Source of the DNA: Trypanosoma brucei
Lineage: Eukaryota
NCBI GenBank assembly: GCA_000002445.1
Contig: CP000071.1
Coordinates: 1,952,001 to 2,016,000 of the forward strand
Reading direction: 5' to 3'
DNA length: 64,000 nt
How positions within the stretch are numbered: the stretch's first letter is position 1; each line of letters begins with the position of its first letter. This document shows, piece by piece, positions 11,001 to 19,561 of the stretch. Position numbers and translations under genes: made by a program. Under the pieces are notes generated by a model. That model did not search any database. It was not told where the DNA came from and worked only from the letters and a program-made list of their open reading frames with translations.

Positions 11001-12359
11001 GTGTGGCTCGAACCAAGTTGCTGTGGGATTCAAGAAACCAACAACAGGTTTGGCAAGAACCTTTTTAGGAAGTACGTCCTTCTGCGCATCACGGCGTCGA
11101 CGATGAAACATTATTGATTGCTCATTTTCACGTAATCTAATACGATACAACCCACACTCTCCTGGCCGCATTCCGTAACGCTGAACATCTTGAGCGGAGG
11201 GCTGATTCACTTCGTTGCAAGCAGTTAGAAGGGACTCGCAACCTACATATTTCTGAATGATGTCACCACTCGAAAAATCCAAAAGAGTCAGCTGATTGTT
11301 TGTGGTCGAAATGAGAATGTAGTCTTCATCCATTAGTAGGTACATACCAATTACCCACGACGAGCCAGTGTTAAACAAGTTGCGCACGAACGCCCCCGTG
11401 GCAGCACTCCACACTTTAACAAAACCATCTTTACTACTCGTAATAATAAATGCACTAAGCGGTGCCACCAGCACATGATCTGGGGACTGAAGGTGAATTT
11501 CATATTTCCATAGAGCTTTCCCGTCACGCTTCTTATCCTTCCTCGCCCTCGCCCAGTCAGGCCACCCCTCGTTATCCTTCCTCGAGTCTTTCGAGTACCG
11601 CCCAGAACTCACTTTGTCGCAGATTTGCGTGTAAGAAATTGTTTCATCACCGAAGTCGTGGGAGTGTTCGTAGTCCCGCACAAAGTTATTCGTAATATCG
11701 CTCCACCGTACCAAGCTGTGCGTTCGTGTTTTCTTCTGCAACAGTTCAATCAAACCAGCAGACGCCTGCTCCACCATCTGAGTATGCCGCCCTTTACGAC
11801 GCACCCTCATGATGGTGGCACTCTCACTTCCTTCCGAAGAGTGTTCATCCTCTTCATCCTGACTATGAAGGGAGCCACTGCGGGACTCCTTGGAGTCATT
11901 CAAAAGTAGTTTGAGAAGCTCCTTATTACTCAGTTCACACGCATCCCACAGCGCATCATGCACATCAAGACGGATGGACAGGGAATTCACCCACTCCTCC
12001 ACCTCTTTAATGTATTCCTTCCAGTTACTATCATATGACATGGTTAGTGTTAGATCCATGTTTACGTCTTCATCCGGATCACCACTGCAGTTTGCAACAT
12101 TTAGCCTGGCGTCGATAATTCCCACCACGAAGTGAATTGTCCACTCATTTGTTAACGCGGGGTCCCCGTCATCCGAAATGCTGTACTTGGAAAAGCACTG
12201 AAACAGACGCCTAAACTGTTCCACACCCATGAGTGAACCCCATGACTGTGTCGACGTGAGTATCTGATTTGGCGCGTACCGCGCCGCCAACCTGGCGCCC
12301 AGTCTTATACTAACTTCCTCCTCCTCATCTTTTGAAGACTCCATCCGCATCGTCACCAT
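8007..12359 (-). CDS. Large WD40/beta-propeller repeat protein (1450 aa), hypothetical
   Basis: 4.35-kb uninterrupted ORF. It has multiple WD-like repeats (e.g. GFVKVWSAATGAF, LVTGGQDCSLITWD) and S-rich low-complexity segments. Confidence 0.7.
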   Translation of the reverse strand: MVTMRMESSKDEEEEVSIRLGARLAARYAPNQILTSTQSWGSLMGVEQFRRLFQCFSKYSISDDGDPALTNEWTIHFVVGIIDARLNVANCSGDPDEDVNMDLTLTMSYDSNWKEYIKEVEEWVNSLSIRLDVHDALWDACELSNKELLKLLLNDSKESRSGSLHSQDEEDEHSSEGSESATIMRVRRKGRHTQMVEQASAGLIELLQKKTRTHSLVRWSDITNNFVRDYEHSHDFGDETISYTQICDKVSSGRYSKDSRKDNEGWPDWARARKDKKRDGKALWKYEIHLQSPDHVLVAPLSAFIITSSKDGFVKVWSAATGAFVRNLFNTGSSWVIGMYLLMDEDYILISTTNNQLTLLDFSSGDIIQKYVGCESLLTACNEVNQPSAQDVQRYGMRPGECGLYRIRLRENEQSIMFHRRRRDAQKDVLPKKVLAKPVVGFLNPTATWFEPHLGMFCFGTAEGKVGAFDVSADVRASALLSGANTKPVRLEFLVTMHKEMVSGLFYSSYATSIFTAGADGFVYRLPVGPSFEPAGEPRRIGHQMRAIRSMEWIPPSKYFITVHVNRRVSVWVIGRHGDPFRSFPPESQEILSASMHPHRGRLAVLLADKTIKVYEVHASKSIATIQQPEPQSNFTASDFSRQMMERSERDSDGVVAWHPFHSTLICALRGPVLYAASKSKDSSSSASRTRRQRCEGATAQSTGAEFGNMVEEDDGEVAEHRGAAVRDSRQPCSHSGGVVAAVIHKASLMVHTFDEGTWRAWKLTTGEMKRHVVVSHAVRMGDISRSHATVASCSWSTSSQVRLVTGGQDCSLITWDPETYAPLESEMLVQDASDQLDSDVFTFSHQSKLIAWAARTCRVTTYSRKVLPSGVEESKSVVFRVPGLTSITACCVARDTYLCIGTGDGTLYVYSIGGGHPIAECRLGEQSEARRSAVLQLAYVNEQGQNLIVAVLDTGVLCIYSFVTQTVISHLRLIRRFDCLIRKALFISDDGLMIYGDSRGRVCGFDLHAVTTPVAELQQFVVRRFAFSGASDEVTTLEVFSFQGHRFIIVGSLDRQVRLFRIEDALRKPSLSNSGLQPAGWSFNKVLLVGVFGRDRWDLEDVTTYAGEPSFVEGKQNCNTMEEVLVESIMKPENSFQSIMNVGAAAAEDGASVPLSRGKRVSVVATTIMPPGTPSVPSFFLTEATAVQGDVACPTTPSSSIQDSMEQLAGQPTCPQTVPVISEGASCSGAPLGSEQTALPQGQTRRSHSHPRSRAASSTTSSAGDESPTNAGNHSLGCSSALELRGSLSGKGSARSHFSSEVHDASRAKAVLVSLTSRLDKVRPYGYARGAFRRKLQGLLPGDGDLSMELDQQALGPSTSSTLRLALETRRRLSERMDEYKRRQEEMKKRRKFDYSSCFARSVLPPVVIPKPSMISPDLMPTSDWMVDGMRKQTQLQPSVTASTVGRTV

Positions 12360-12867
12360 TTTCCTACCTTTTTCGTCCGTCTTCTAATCTGCTTCACAAT
12401 TATGCGTGTATATAGACAAATGTAATTTGTTTTTTTTTCTCTTTGCAAACTTCCTTTGGTAACTACGTAGCCGCCACAATCTTTCTGTTTAAAATAGAGA
12501 GACGGCAGCACACAGTGACCGGTTCGTTACAAATACTTGTGACTGCCCAACTAAAACCAAAATTATAACAAACAATCGTCGTTGTAGCTCGGTCACTACT
12601 ATAGGTGGAGGACGGGGAAAAGAGCTGCATGTAATGACTGCCAAAGGGAGCGGCACAGACACAAGCGTATTAGTGGTAAGTGAGTGAAAAAGTGTATTTC
12701 ATTAGTATTTAGCTACAGAATCTTTGCACGACCGCCTACTGATTTCAACCGAATCAGCTACCCCAAACCCAACTCTCATACAGACGCACAGACATATACG
12801 TATACATGTGTATAGACAAGCAGCATATTTAAAAGCAGGCAAATGCGGATGTCAGCACCACAACGCC

Positions 12868-14418
12868 TCAATCAGATATCTCCTCTGCCATCCGCAGTCG
12901 CGAATGTGACTTTTGTAAGCGACTCATGAACTTCTTCTTAAAAACTATATCGTTGGGATGCAGTAGCAACGCATCCACAGCCTCCCTATTCTGCAGCAAG
13001 TAACGCATCTCCTCCACACCGCCCGCCCATTCGCCATGTACAAAGAATACCGGAAACACAGCGTGCTCCTCATGCCGGCGGAATACGGCCTTGCGTAGAA
13101 GCCTCTGCCATGAATGAAAATCGTCCAACGGTAATTTGAGAGGAGGTCGTGAACCATCCTTTGCACTGCATTCGCCCGTGTCGGTCACGGCATCACTGCG
13201 ATCTGCGCAAGAGCAAGAAGAGTGACCCTCATTACTAGAGTTATCACACCCTGCCGCCCTACCCTGTAGAACCGCAAGACCGCTCTCCACCTCACCATTT
13301 TGCACGGCAGTGCACATCATACTTGTGAGGTCGTCGACTGACAACACATAAGGCACGATTCGTCGATGAGCAAACGCCTTTAACCACTTTCTCTCTATGA
13401 AAGCACGCTGCCGCTCTACGTCCTCCTCGCACCGAAACTGTCCAGGGGGGCCACGCCCATATATATCGCACTCGGCTTCATTCCCATTGTTACTCCTACT
13501 GCCACCTCTTTCATAACTCCCCTGACTCAAGTTGTAATTCCTACCGTAAATCACGACCGCGAGGTGTGGCTTCAAAATGCATTCCCGGAACCAACGTTGC
13601 ACACACTCTACAGCCACGAGCTCACGCTCAGCCGCAACGAAGTCAACGTCAGGCACCGCTTCCGACGCCTGTGTAATCTGGAAACGAAGAAGCGTCTCAC
13701 TCTGTCGCTCATTAACCGAACGAACGAAGCGTGCAATCCGGTGCTGCAGCTCACCTCTCACCTCATTCTCTCCCCTTTCCTCAACCTTTCCACATAGCTC
13801 ATCACCCACACGGTACTGCCCAGAGGCTGCAGTACCCGAAGTGGTGAGAGATTTAATGTCCACGCACACACCGCACACTTTTTGAACACGGTTGAACCGC
13901 GACACGTCGAACCGACCGCTCCACGCGACCGATAGGCGGACGGCAGCGACGGGGACCTGCAATCCCTGCGCAACCACGCCACGGTACTGATCCCTAAGCC
14001 GGTAGTCGTAATGAGAAAATCCAACAAGAAGGTCCGGGTTGACACTACCATCACATGGGAGTGGTGGCAATGGCGAGTCGAAGACAGCTTTTATGCGCTG
14101 CAGACGCTGATCATACAAAATATCGAGTGGGGTACGACCAGTGGTAGGGTCTACCTCCTCGTAGCACCAACCTTCACCCGAAGGCGCAGCCGCGGTCGCG
14201 GACGCCACATCACCACTGCTGCTGGTGCCACTAACCCCACTATCTCTGATGTCCCCATCAGCACTCGTCACACCACCTTTGCCCACACCACTTCCATCGA
14301 AGGAAATCCCACATTGAGACAGTTTCAACGGTAGGGAAGACCGCAGCTTCGACATTCCATGTGTGAACCGTGATGTCGGTAGTGTGACGGTGCGCGCAAG
14401 GAATAGTCGCCACGACAT
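12868..14418 (-). CDS. Hypothetical protein (516 aa after start correction) with a C-terminal glutaredoxin-like motif
   Basis: The ORF-track call (to 14625) reads through the (CA)40 microsatellite as a CVCVCV... run. The first Met after the repeat is MSWRLFLAR at 14416-14418 (plus-strand 'cat'). The C-terminus HAVFPVFFVHGEWAGGVEEMRYLL resembles the glutaredoxin fold motif (P.hFh.G..hGG). Confidence 0.55.
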   Translation of the reverse strand: MSWRLFLARTVTLPTSRFTHGMSKLRSSLPLKLSQCGISFDGSGVGKGGVTSADGDIRDSGVSGTSSSGDVASATAAAPSGEGWCYEEVDPTTGRTPLDILYDQRLQRIKAVFDSPLPPLPCDGSVNPDLLVGFSHYDYRLRDQYRGVVAQGLQVPVAAVRLSVAWSGRFDVSRFNRVQKVCGVCVDIKSLTTSGTAASGQYRVGDELCGKVEERGENEVRGELQHRIARFVRSVNERQSETLLRFQITQASEAVPDVDFVAAERELVAVECVQRWFRECILKPHLAVVIYGRNYNLSQGSYERGGSRSNNGNEAECDIYGRGPPGQFRCEEDVERQRAFIERKWLKAFAHRRIVPYVLSVDDLTSMMCTAVQNGEVESGLAVLQGRAAGCDNSSNEGHSSCSCADRSDAVTDTGECSAKDGSRPPLKLPLDDFHSWQRLLRKAVFRRHEEHAVFPVFFVHGEWAGGVEEMRYLLQNREAVDALLLHPNDIVFKKKFMSRLQKSHSRLRMAEEISD

Positions 14419-14446
14419 CTGATTGTCCTTTTGCTTCCCTTTGTAG

Positions 14447-14447
<1 letters not shown>

Positions 14448-14527
<80 letters not shown>
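14448..14527. repeat. (CA)40 / (GT)40 perfect dinucleotide microsatellite
   Basis: 80 nt of uninterrupted 'ca' repeats directly visible in the sequence, about 30 nt upstream of the corrected start of the 516-aa gene. Confidence 0.97.
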
Positions 14528-14528
<1 letters not shown>

Positions 14529-15087
14529 GCAAACAAACAAGAGGAACGGACGCAGGAAGGGTAGCAAGCCTGTATACAAAGAAGGTCACAAATAAAATAA
14601 GACGAAAGCATCCGGACGAGCACATAAACGAGGAGGGAAGGTCGGTCTAGGTGAAAAGTAATGATGAATGATATTTGATGGCTCCACAGCCCTACAATTA
14701 TTCAATACTGATAACGGCACCAACAAAAAAAAAATTGACCGCCTCTGTTAGCCGTCATCATACATACACCGTGTGTAGCAGAACGATAGACATTCCGCGC
14801 TATCATGACAAATACATCTCCCTTGCTCGGACACACGCCACAACAAAGAAATAGTGAAGGAATCAAATCAGTGCACCGACCCACATATTTGCAAGAAGGG
14901 TAAAGAAACAACGATGGAATGCCGACACCACAACAAATATACCCAAAACCTGCGGACAAATGAGAACGTCACGCCCATGCACATTCAACAACACATACAC
15001 AACCTATATGTGCCGAAGTGCTACCGCCAGCTGGGGCGGTGCAACCAACGACACGATTAACAAAAAGAGAAACGGGAACCATCAAAT

Positions 15088-16410
15088 TTATTCCGTTTCC
15101 CCCAGTATCCACGGATCTTGCAAAAGCTCCTCAACCGTTGGCCGCTGAATCGGATCACGCACTAAGCAGCGGCGCATAAAGGCTAAGCAACCCGACGTTG
15201 CCTCGGTTACAGGAAGTTCTGTTGGTCCCTCTGGTGATTGGGCAATCATCATAATTGCCGCTGCCGCGTTGGCCTGGCTCGGCCACGGTGGTTTTCCCGT
15301 GTGCATCTCAGCTACTGTACAACCCACCGACCAAACATCCGCCTTGTAACTATACCCACCAGCCTCACCCGTCACGTCTACCACTTCTGGTGCCATCCAA
15401 TATGGTGTTCCTATCACCGTTCGACTCTGTGCCACCGCATCCGATAACCGACGGGCGGCACCAAAGTCCACCAGTTTAATTTGTGCCTCACGCTCTGGGT
15501 CACAGGAAGTGTCTACAAGTATGTTGTCGCCCTTAATGTCACGGTGAATGATGCGTTGGGAGTGCAAGTAGAGCAGCCCACAGAGAAGCTGTCGCGTCCA
15601 ACGGCGAATAACATTGGGAGGAAGTGGTTTAAACTTCTTCACGAGCGCAGAAAGAGAGCCACCACCAATATACTCCATGAACATGCAAATAGCGGAGTTT
15701 GTTGGATCGAAGTATACGCCCTTGAAGGTGCAGAGGTTCTTGTGACTAAGGCGTTGCATCATGTTAATCTCGCGCGATAGCGAAACGAGCTCCTTCACAC
15801 TAAACGTTCCAGTTTTATTACCAACTTCTACACACTTCACGGCGTAGAAAGCACCGCTATCAAGAAGTCCAAGAAACACCGAACCATACGTCCCCCGTCC
15901 GATCAGCAATCCCTTGCGCCACGTACCAAGCTCAGAAGAATTCGCGGTTTGAAGCATCTCAGGCGTAATGCCCTCAGGGTTGAGTGTTGTCAGAGCGGTG
16001 TATTTTGCCTCTTCCTCAGGTGATGCCCGCAGCGTGCCCTCATCCAAACTTTCTTGCGTACTAAATTCATGCTTAACAGTCGAAAGCGGCGTGGGCGATT
16101 GTATGGGAGGAAATCTAGTGGAGCTAGTTCCGAGAGGTTCCTGGGGATTGTGGCTGGTGTTCGGTGAAGGCTTGAGAGTCGAGCTCGCCCTGGCACTCCG
16201 CTGTGTGGCGTTTGCACCACTGGGTTTCGAAGCTTGTCCGACATTCGCGGTCAAATTTTTTTGCGGGCTTGACGTCCCCTTCTTCTTCGTCCCACATTTC
16301 GAGCAGAATTTTGCCGTTGATTTCGTGAAGGGAGCGCCACAGTGATCACACACGGGAGGTTTCCCTAACGTTGCAGGTGTGCAACTCATTTCACCGCAGA
16401 AGAAAAGCAA
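15088..16410 (-). CDS. Ser/Thr protein kinase (STE11/MAP3K-like catalytic domain) with an N-terminal C4 zinc-ribbon (440 aa)
   Basis: Kinase motifs GRGTYGSVFLG, AVK, HRDIKGDNILVD, DFGAARRL, GTPYWMAPEV. The N-terminus has CDHCGAPFTKSTAKFCSKCG (CxxC-x10-CxxC). Confidence 0.85.
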   Translation of the reverse strand: MLFFCGEMSCTPATLGKPPVCDHCGAPFTKSTAKFCSKCGTKKKGTSSPQKNLTANVGQASKPSGANATQRSARASSTLKPSPNTSHNPQEPLGTSSTRFPPIQSPTPLSTVKHEFSTQESLDEGTLRASPEEEAKYTALTTLNPEGITPEMLQTANSSELGTWRKGLLIGRGTYGSVFLGLLDSGAFYAVKCVEVGNKTGTFSVKELVSLSREINMMQRLSHKNLCTFKGVYFDPTNSAICMFMEYIGGGSLSALVKKFKPLPPNVIRRWTRQLLCGLLYLHSQRIIHRDIKGDNILVDTSCDPEREAQIKLVDFGAARRLSDAVAQSRTVIGTPYWMAPEVVDVTGEAGGYSYKADVWSVGCTVAEMHTGKPPWPSQANAAAAIMMIAQSPEGPTELPVTEATSGCLAFMRRCLVRDPIQRPTVEELLQDPWILGETE

Positions 16411-16806
16411 CCCACAGGGGCGAATAAGACGTGTAGTCAGGCACTGTTGACCCCTAGATGTTTTTCTTCTGTTTGACTGGTTCCCTTACCACACACTGTC
16501 TACAGAAGCGGTGGTAAACTTCGGAGACGGGTTTCCTTTTATTAATACGAGCACACGAACCAAAAAAAAATAAAAAAAGGAGGAAACACATCAGAAAACG
16601 AATGGAGCACTACCGGCAACAGGGAACCCACAAAATGGTCCATAATACACCAACGGAGACGGCTATCGGGGAAGCCACTTACGCTTATGAGCATCCCTGC
16701 AGTGAGGGTACAATAGGTGGAGGAAGTATAATGTTGTGAAACGATATGACCAAAACAACGACTTCAATAGCAAAGGGAAGACATAGGACATGAAAAGAAA
16801 AACGGG

Positions 16807-18099
16807 CTAAACGACCGATCCTTGTGGCACGTTGCCACCGGCACCCTTACGTTGCATATCCATTCCATCATCCTGGGGATTCCTGTTATACCACTGGACC
16901 GCGGCGTGGCGCTCCAAAATGAGTGCTGCACGCTGTCGCCGACATGTGGCATCTCCTCCCACCGATGTAGCATTGTCGCCATTAACGTTGTACTGGTCCA
17001 TGCAATGAGTCCGCTGCACAGCCTTGGCCCACTCCACTTCCTCAGACGTTGGAACGAAAGCCTCATGACACGCCGCAATCTGCGATGGCCGCAGCACCAC
17101 CCGTCCGTCAAACCCAAAAGCACGACACCGCTGCATATCATGACGGAAGCCAATAGAGTCGGAAACATCACTGAATCCACCGTCGAAGAGATACATCCCG
17201 TGCGCCTTGGCCGCAGTCATGACCTGACAAGCACTGTGAAGCGCTGGGAGCGAACGAACATGCTTCAGTTGGGTGGCCTCAACATCTTCGGAAAAGTTCA
17301 AGCTACCGGAGCGTTTTTCGCTATTAACGCTTGGGTACTGCATTTCATACGCGAGTTCTTCACGGTCGACTATGGCATACCGATAGTGCCCCTGTGCGCA
17401 AACCGCAGATGCCTGTAGCACGGACAAGGGTGTGTTGAATGCTGCCCATAGTTTGTGACTGGGGTGGATGAACTCCTGAACCAACTCATATGTGTTTGCC
17501 GTAACCGATGGCAGCACCACGCCCTCAATGAGGTCACCCAACACGCCAACAAGCTCCATGTCAAGGAATCCTCTTGCTGCATCAAACTCCGGAGAGTTGA
17601 CACGCACAACCCAGCGTGCTCGTCCTCCATTGAAAATTTGACCCACCGTCCCCTCCCCACTTTGTGTCTTCCACTCACCGTCGTCACTGCACCCTTCCAT
17701 GTGGTCTCCCCGCACACTTTCGCGAAGAAAACGCAGGAGACGATCCCGCGCTTCCGAAGCTCCACCGCTGCGGTCGCTTCCGCCAAAAACGCCACGTGTT
17801 AAGTCGAGCATTACGACATCAGCGACTACATCATACCGCTTCTGTCGTCGGAGCGCATCCTTAATATCACCTGCAGGGACAACAAGCACACTACGAGGGC
17901 ATGCATTGGGGTTAGTGTGAATGGGTAATTGGAGGTTTTCGGTGTTTTCGGCTCCACTGCCGCGGCTGCTTGTCTTCGCCGATGCCGTTTCCTGGTTGGA
18001 AACAGCAGCACACCACGCGCTATATCCGTCCTGCAAGCGTTTGAAACAGCCGAAGACGCCGGTGGCTGCAGGACAGCGAAGAGGGTAACATTTCCACAT
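16807..18099 (-). CDS. HpcH/HpaI aldolase / citrate lyase beta-subunit-like (CitE/CLYBL-like) protein (430 aa)
   Basis: Core resembles CitE: SVLVVPAGDIKDA...VVADVVMLDLT, then ...FGFDGRVVLRPSQIAACHEAF (cf. GFDGKWAIHPSQV..NEAF). There is an N-terminal extension of about 65 aa. Confidence 0.55.
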   Translation of the reverse strand: MWKCYPLRCPAATGVFGCFKRLQDGYSAWCAAVSNQETASAKTSSRGSGAENTENLQLPIHTNPNACPRSVLVVPAGDIKDALRRQKRYDVVADVVMLDLTRGVFGGSDRSGGASEARDRLLRFLRESVRGDHMEGCSDDGEWKTQSGEGTVGQIFNGGRARWVVRVNSPEFDAARGFLDMELVGVLGDLIEGVVLPSVTANTYELVQEFIHPSHKLWAAFNTPLSVLQASAVCAQGHYRYAIVDREELAYEMQYPSVNSEKRSGSLNFSEDVEATQLKHVRSLPALHSACQVMTAAKAHGMYLFDGGFSDVSDSIGFRHDMQRCRAFGFDGRVVLRPSQIAACHEAFVPTSEEVEWAKAVQRTHCMDQYNVNGDNATSVGGDATCRRQRAALILERHAAVQWYNRNPQDDGMDMQRKGAGGNVPQGSVV

Positions 18100-19561
18100 T
18101 TGTCTCCTCTCCTCCCCTCAACAGCTTTAAGATCCCAATGCCGCTTTTCTTAAATAACTATACCCTCAATCCCTGTACACGAGGCTGTGCGACGGTGCCT
18201 ATAAGTTTGGGAGGTTTAAAATGTATTTACCACGCATCTTCGCAAGAAGGAGTAAAGGCAACAAAAAAAGACAAAAAAAGGAGAGAATGAAACAGGTCAC
18301 AGCAGGACCCTGTGTGAGACCCCGTAAATTTTTAAAAGGGGGCTCGCAATCAGATTGCAGCTGCTAAACCCAGGTAGTGGAAAGAGCACAGTAACTCGTC
18401 CGCCACAACTACCCCCGCACGCTGCGCTCTTCCCGGAAAACAAAAGCCTTTGTGAGGTGCCCTATACACCCCAAAGGTACAGCGAAGTAAATATGACCAA
18501 AAATAGCACACACACGCAAACATATACAAATACACATACACACACACACGCATACCTCCCGCCCTGACGGCGCGGCACCACATCCCGTTTCAGCCCTCTG
18601 GTCCACAGCCGCTTTCCACCGTGTTGGTTGGCGGCGGGCATAGGCACACTGCCCTCTGCTTTTCCTCACGACAACCAAGGGAATGGAAGGGGAAGGAAAG
18701 GAAAGGAAGGGTTAAGAAAGAAAGCAATGAACCTTTCCCCTGCAACAAGAAAAAAAAACAAATATGCTTGCATCATTGCTCTGTTTCTCGTGTTCTCGTC
18801 TATCTTCTGCGGGACACAAGATACTTCATCAATGTGTACAAGTCACAGGCAGTTTGTGGTTACTAGCAGTAACCGTCACACTAAAGTCATCCCCAGTAAA
18901 CGACGAAAACCAAAAAGGGACGAGACGCTTGCATACGGTAAGCTAAAAGGTTCAATTCGGGGGGCCCAGGTTTGTAGTACGAACGAGGTGACACATCTCC
19001 GGTAAAGGGGCCACTTGGTAAACCACCTCCAGTAGTCAACAAATGAAACGTACGCCCAACACGCGGCCAATGCAAAACGCGCACGTGAACTAAACCAAAG
19101 GTCCAGGAGAAAAAATGAAAGATACATACCTATATTAAAAAAACTAAGGAAATGTTGGCCTCGTCTCGACCCCTCCTAAAGACACTTTGCGAAGCGGTAC
19201 TCCGATATTGCACTTCATTAAAAAAAGGGGCCCCAAATAACAACAACAGCAACATTATGATCTACATCAGTTGGTTTATGTCGCCCCACAAGTGTACACA
19301 TACAGACTCGTGTGTTTATGTGTTAGCGCTTCGACTTCACTAGGCCCTGTCAATCACTTGCACTCTTTTCTCACCCCTTTACATTCCCAAGTGCTGATGG
19401 ACAATACCAAAGATGAAATGAGCCAATCAAAAGTAGGTAAACGTTGCCCCTTCCCCCCCCCCGCACAAGCGGCTGCGGGCCCAAGACCACCTCGCTTGCC
19501 AGACTCACCTTTCCCCTCACACAACCCGTTAAAACCAGTGCACTCCGTTTTATCACCATCG

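Noticed and set aside
14258-14625. ORFs encoding long CVCVCV... or VCVCVC... stretches (14258..14623, 14325..14579, N-terminus of 12868..14625)
   Set aside because: They are translations of the (CA)40 microsatellite in different frames, not proteins.
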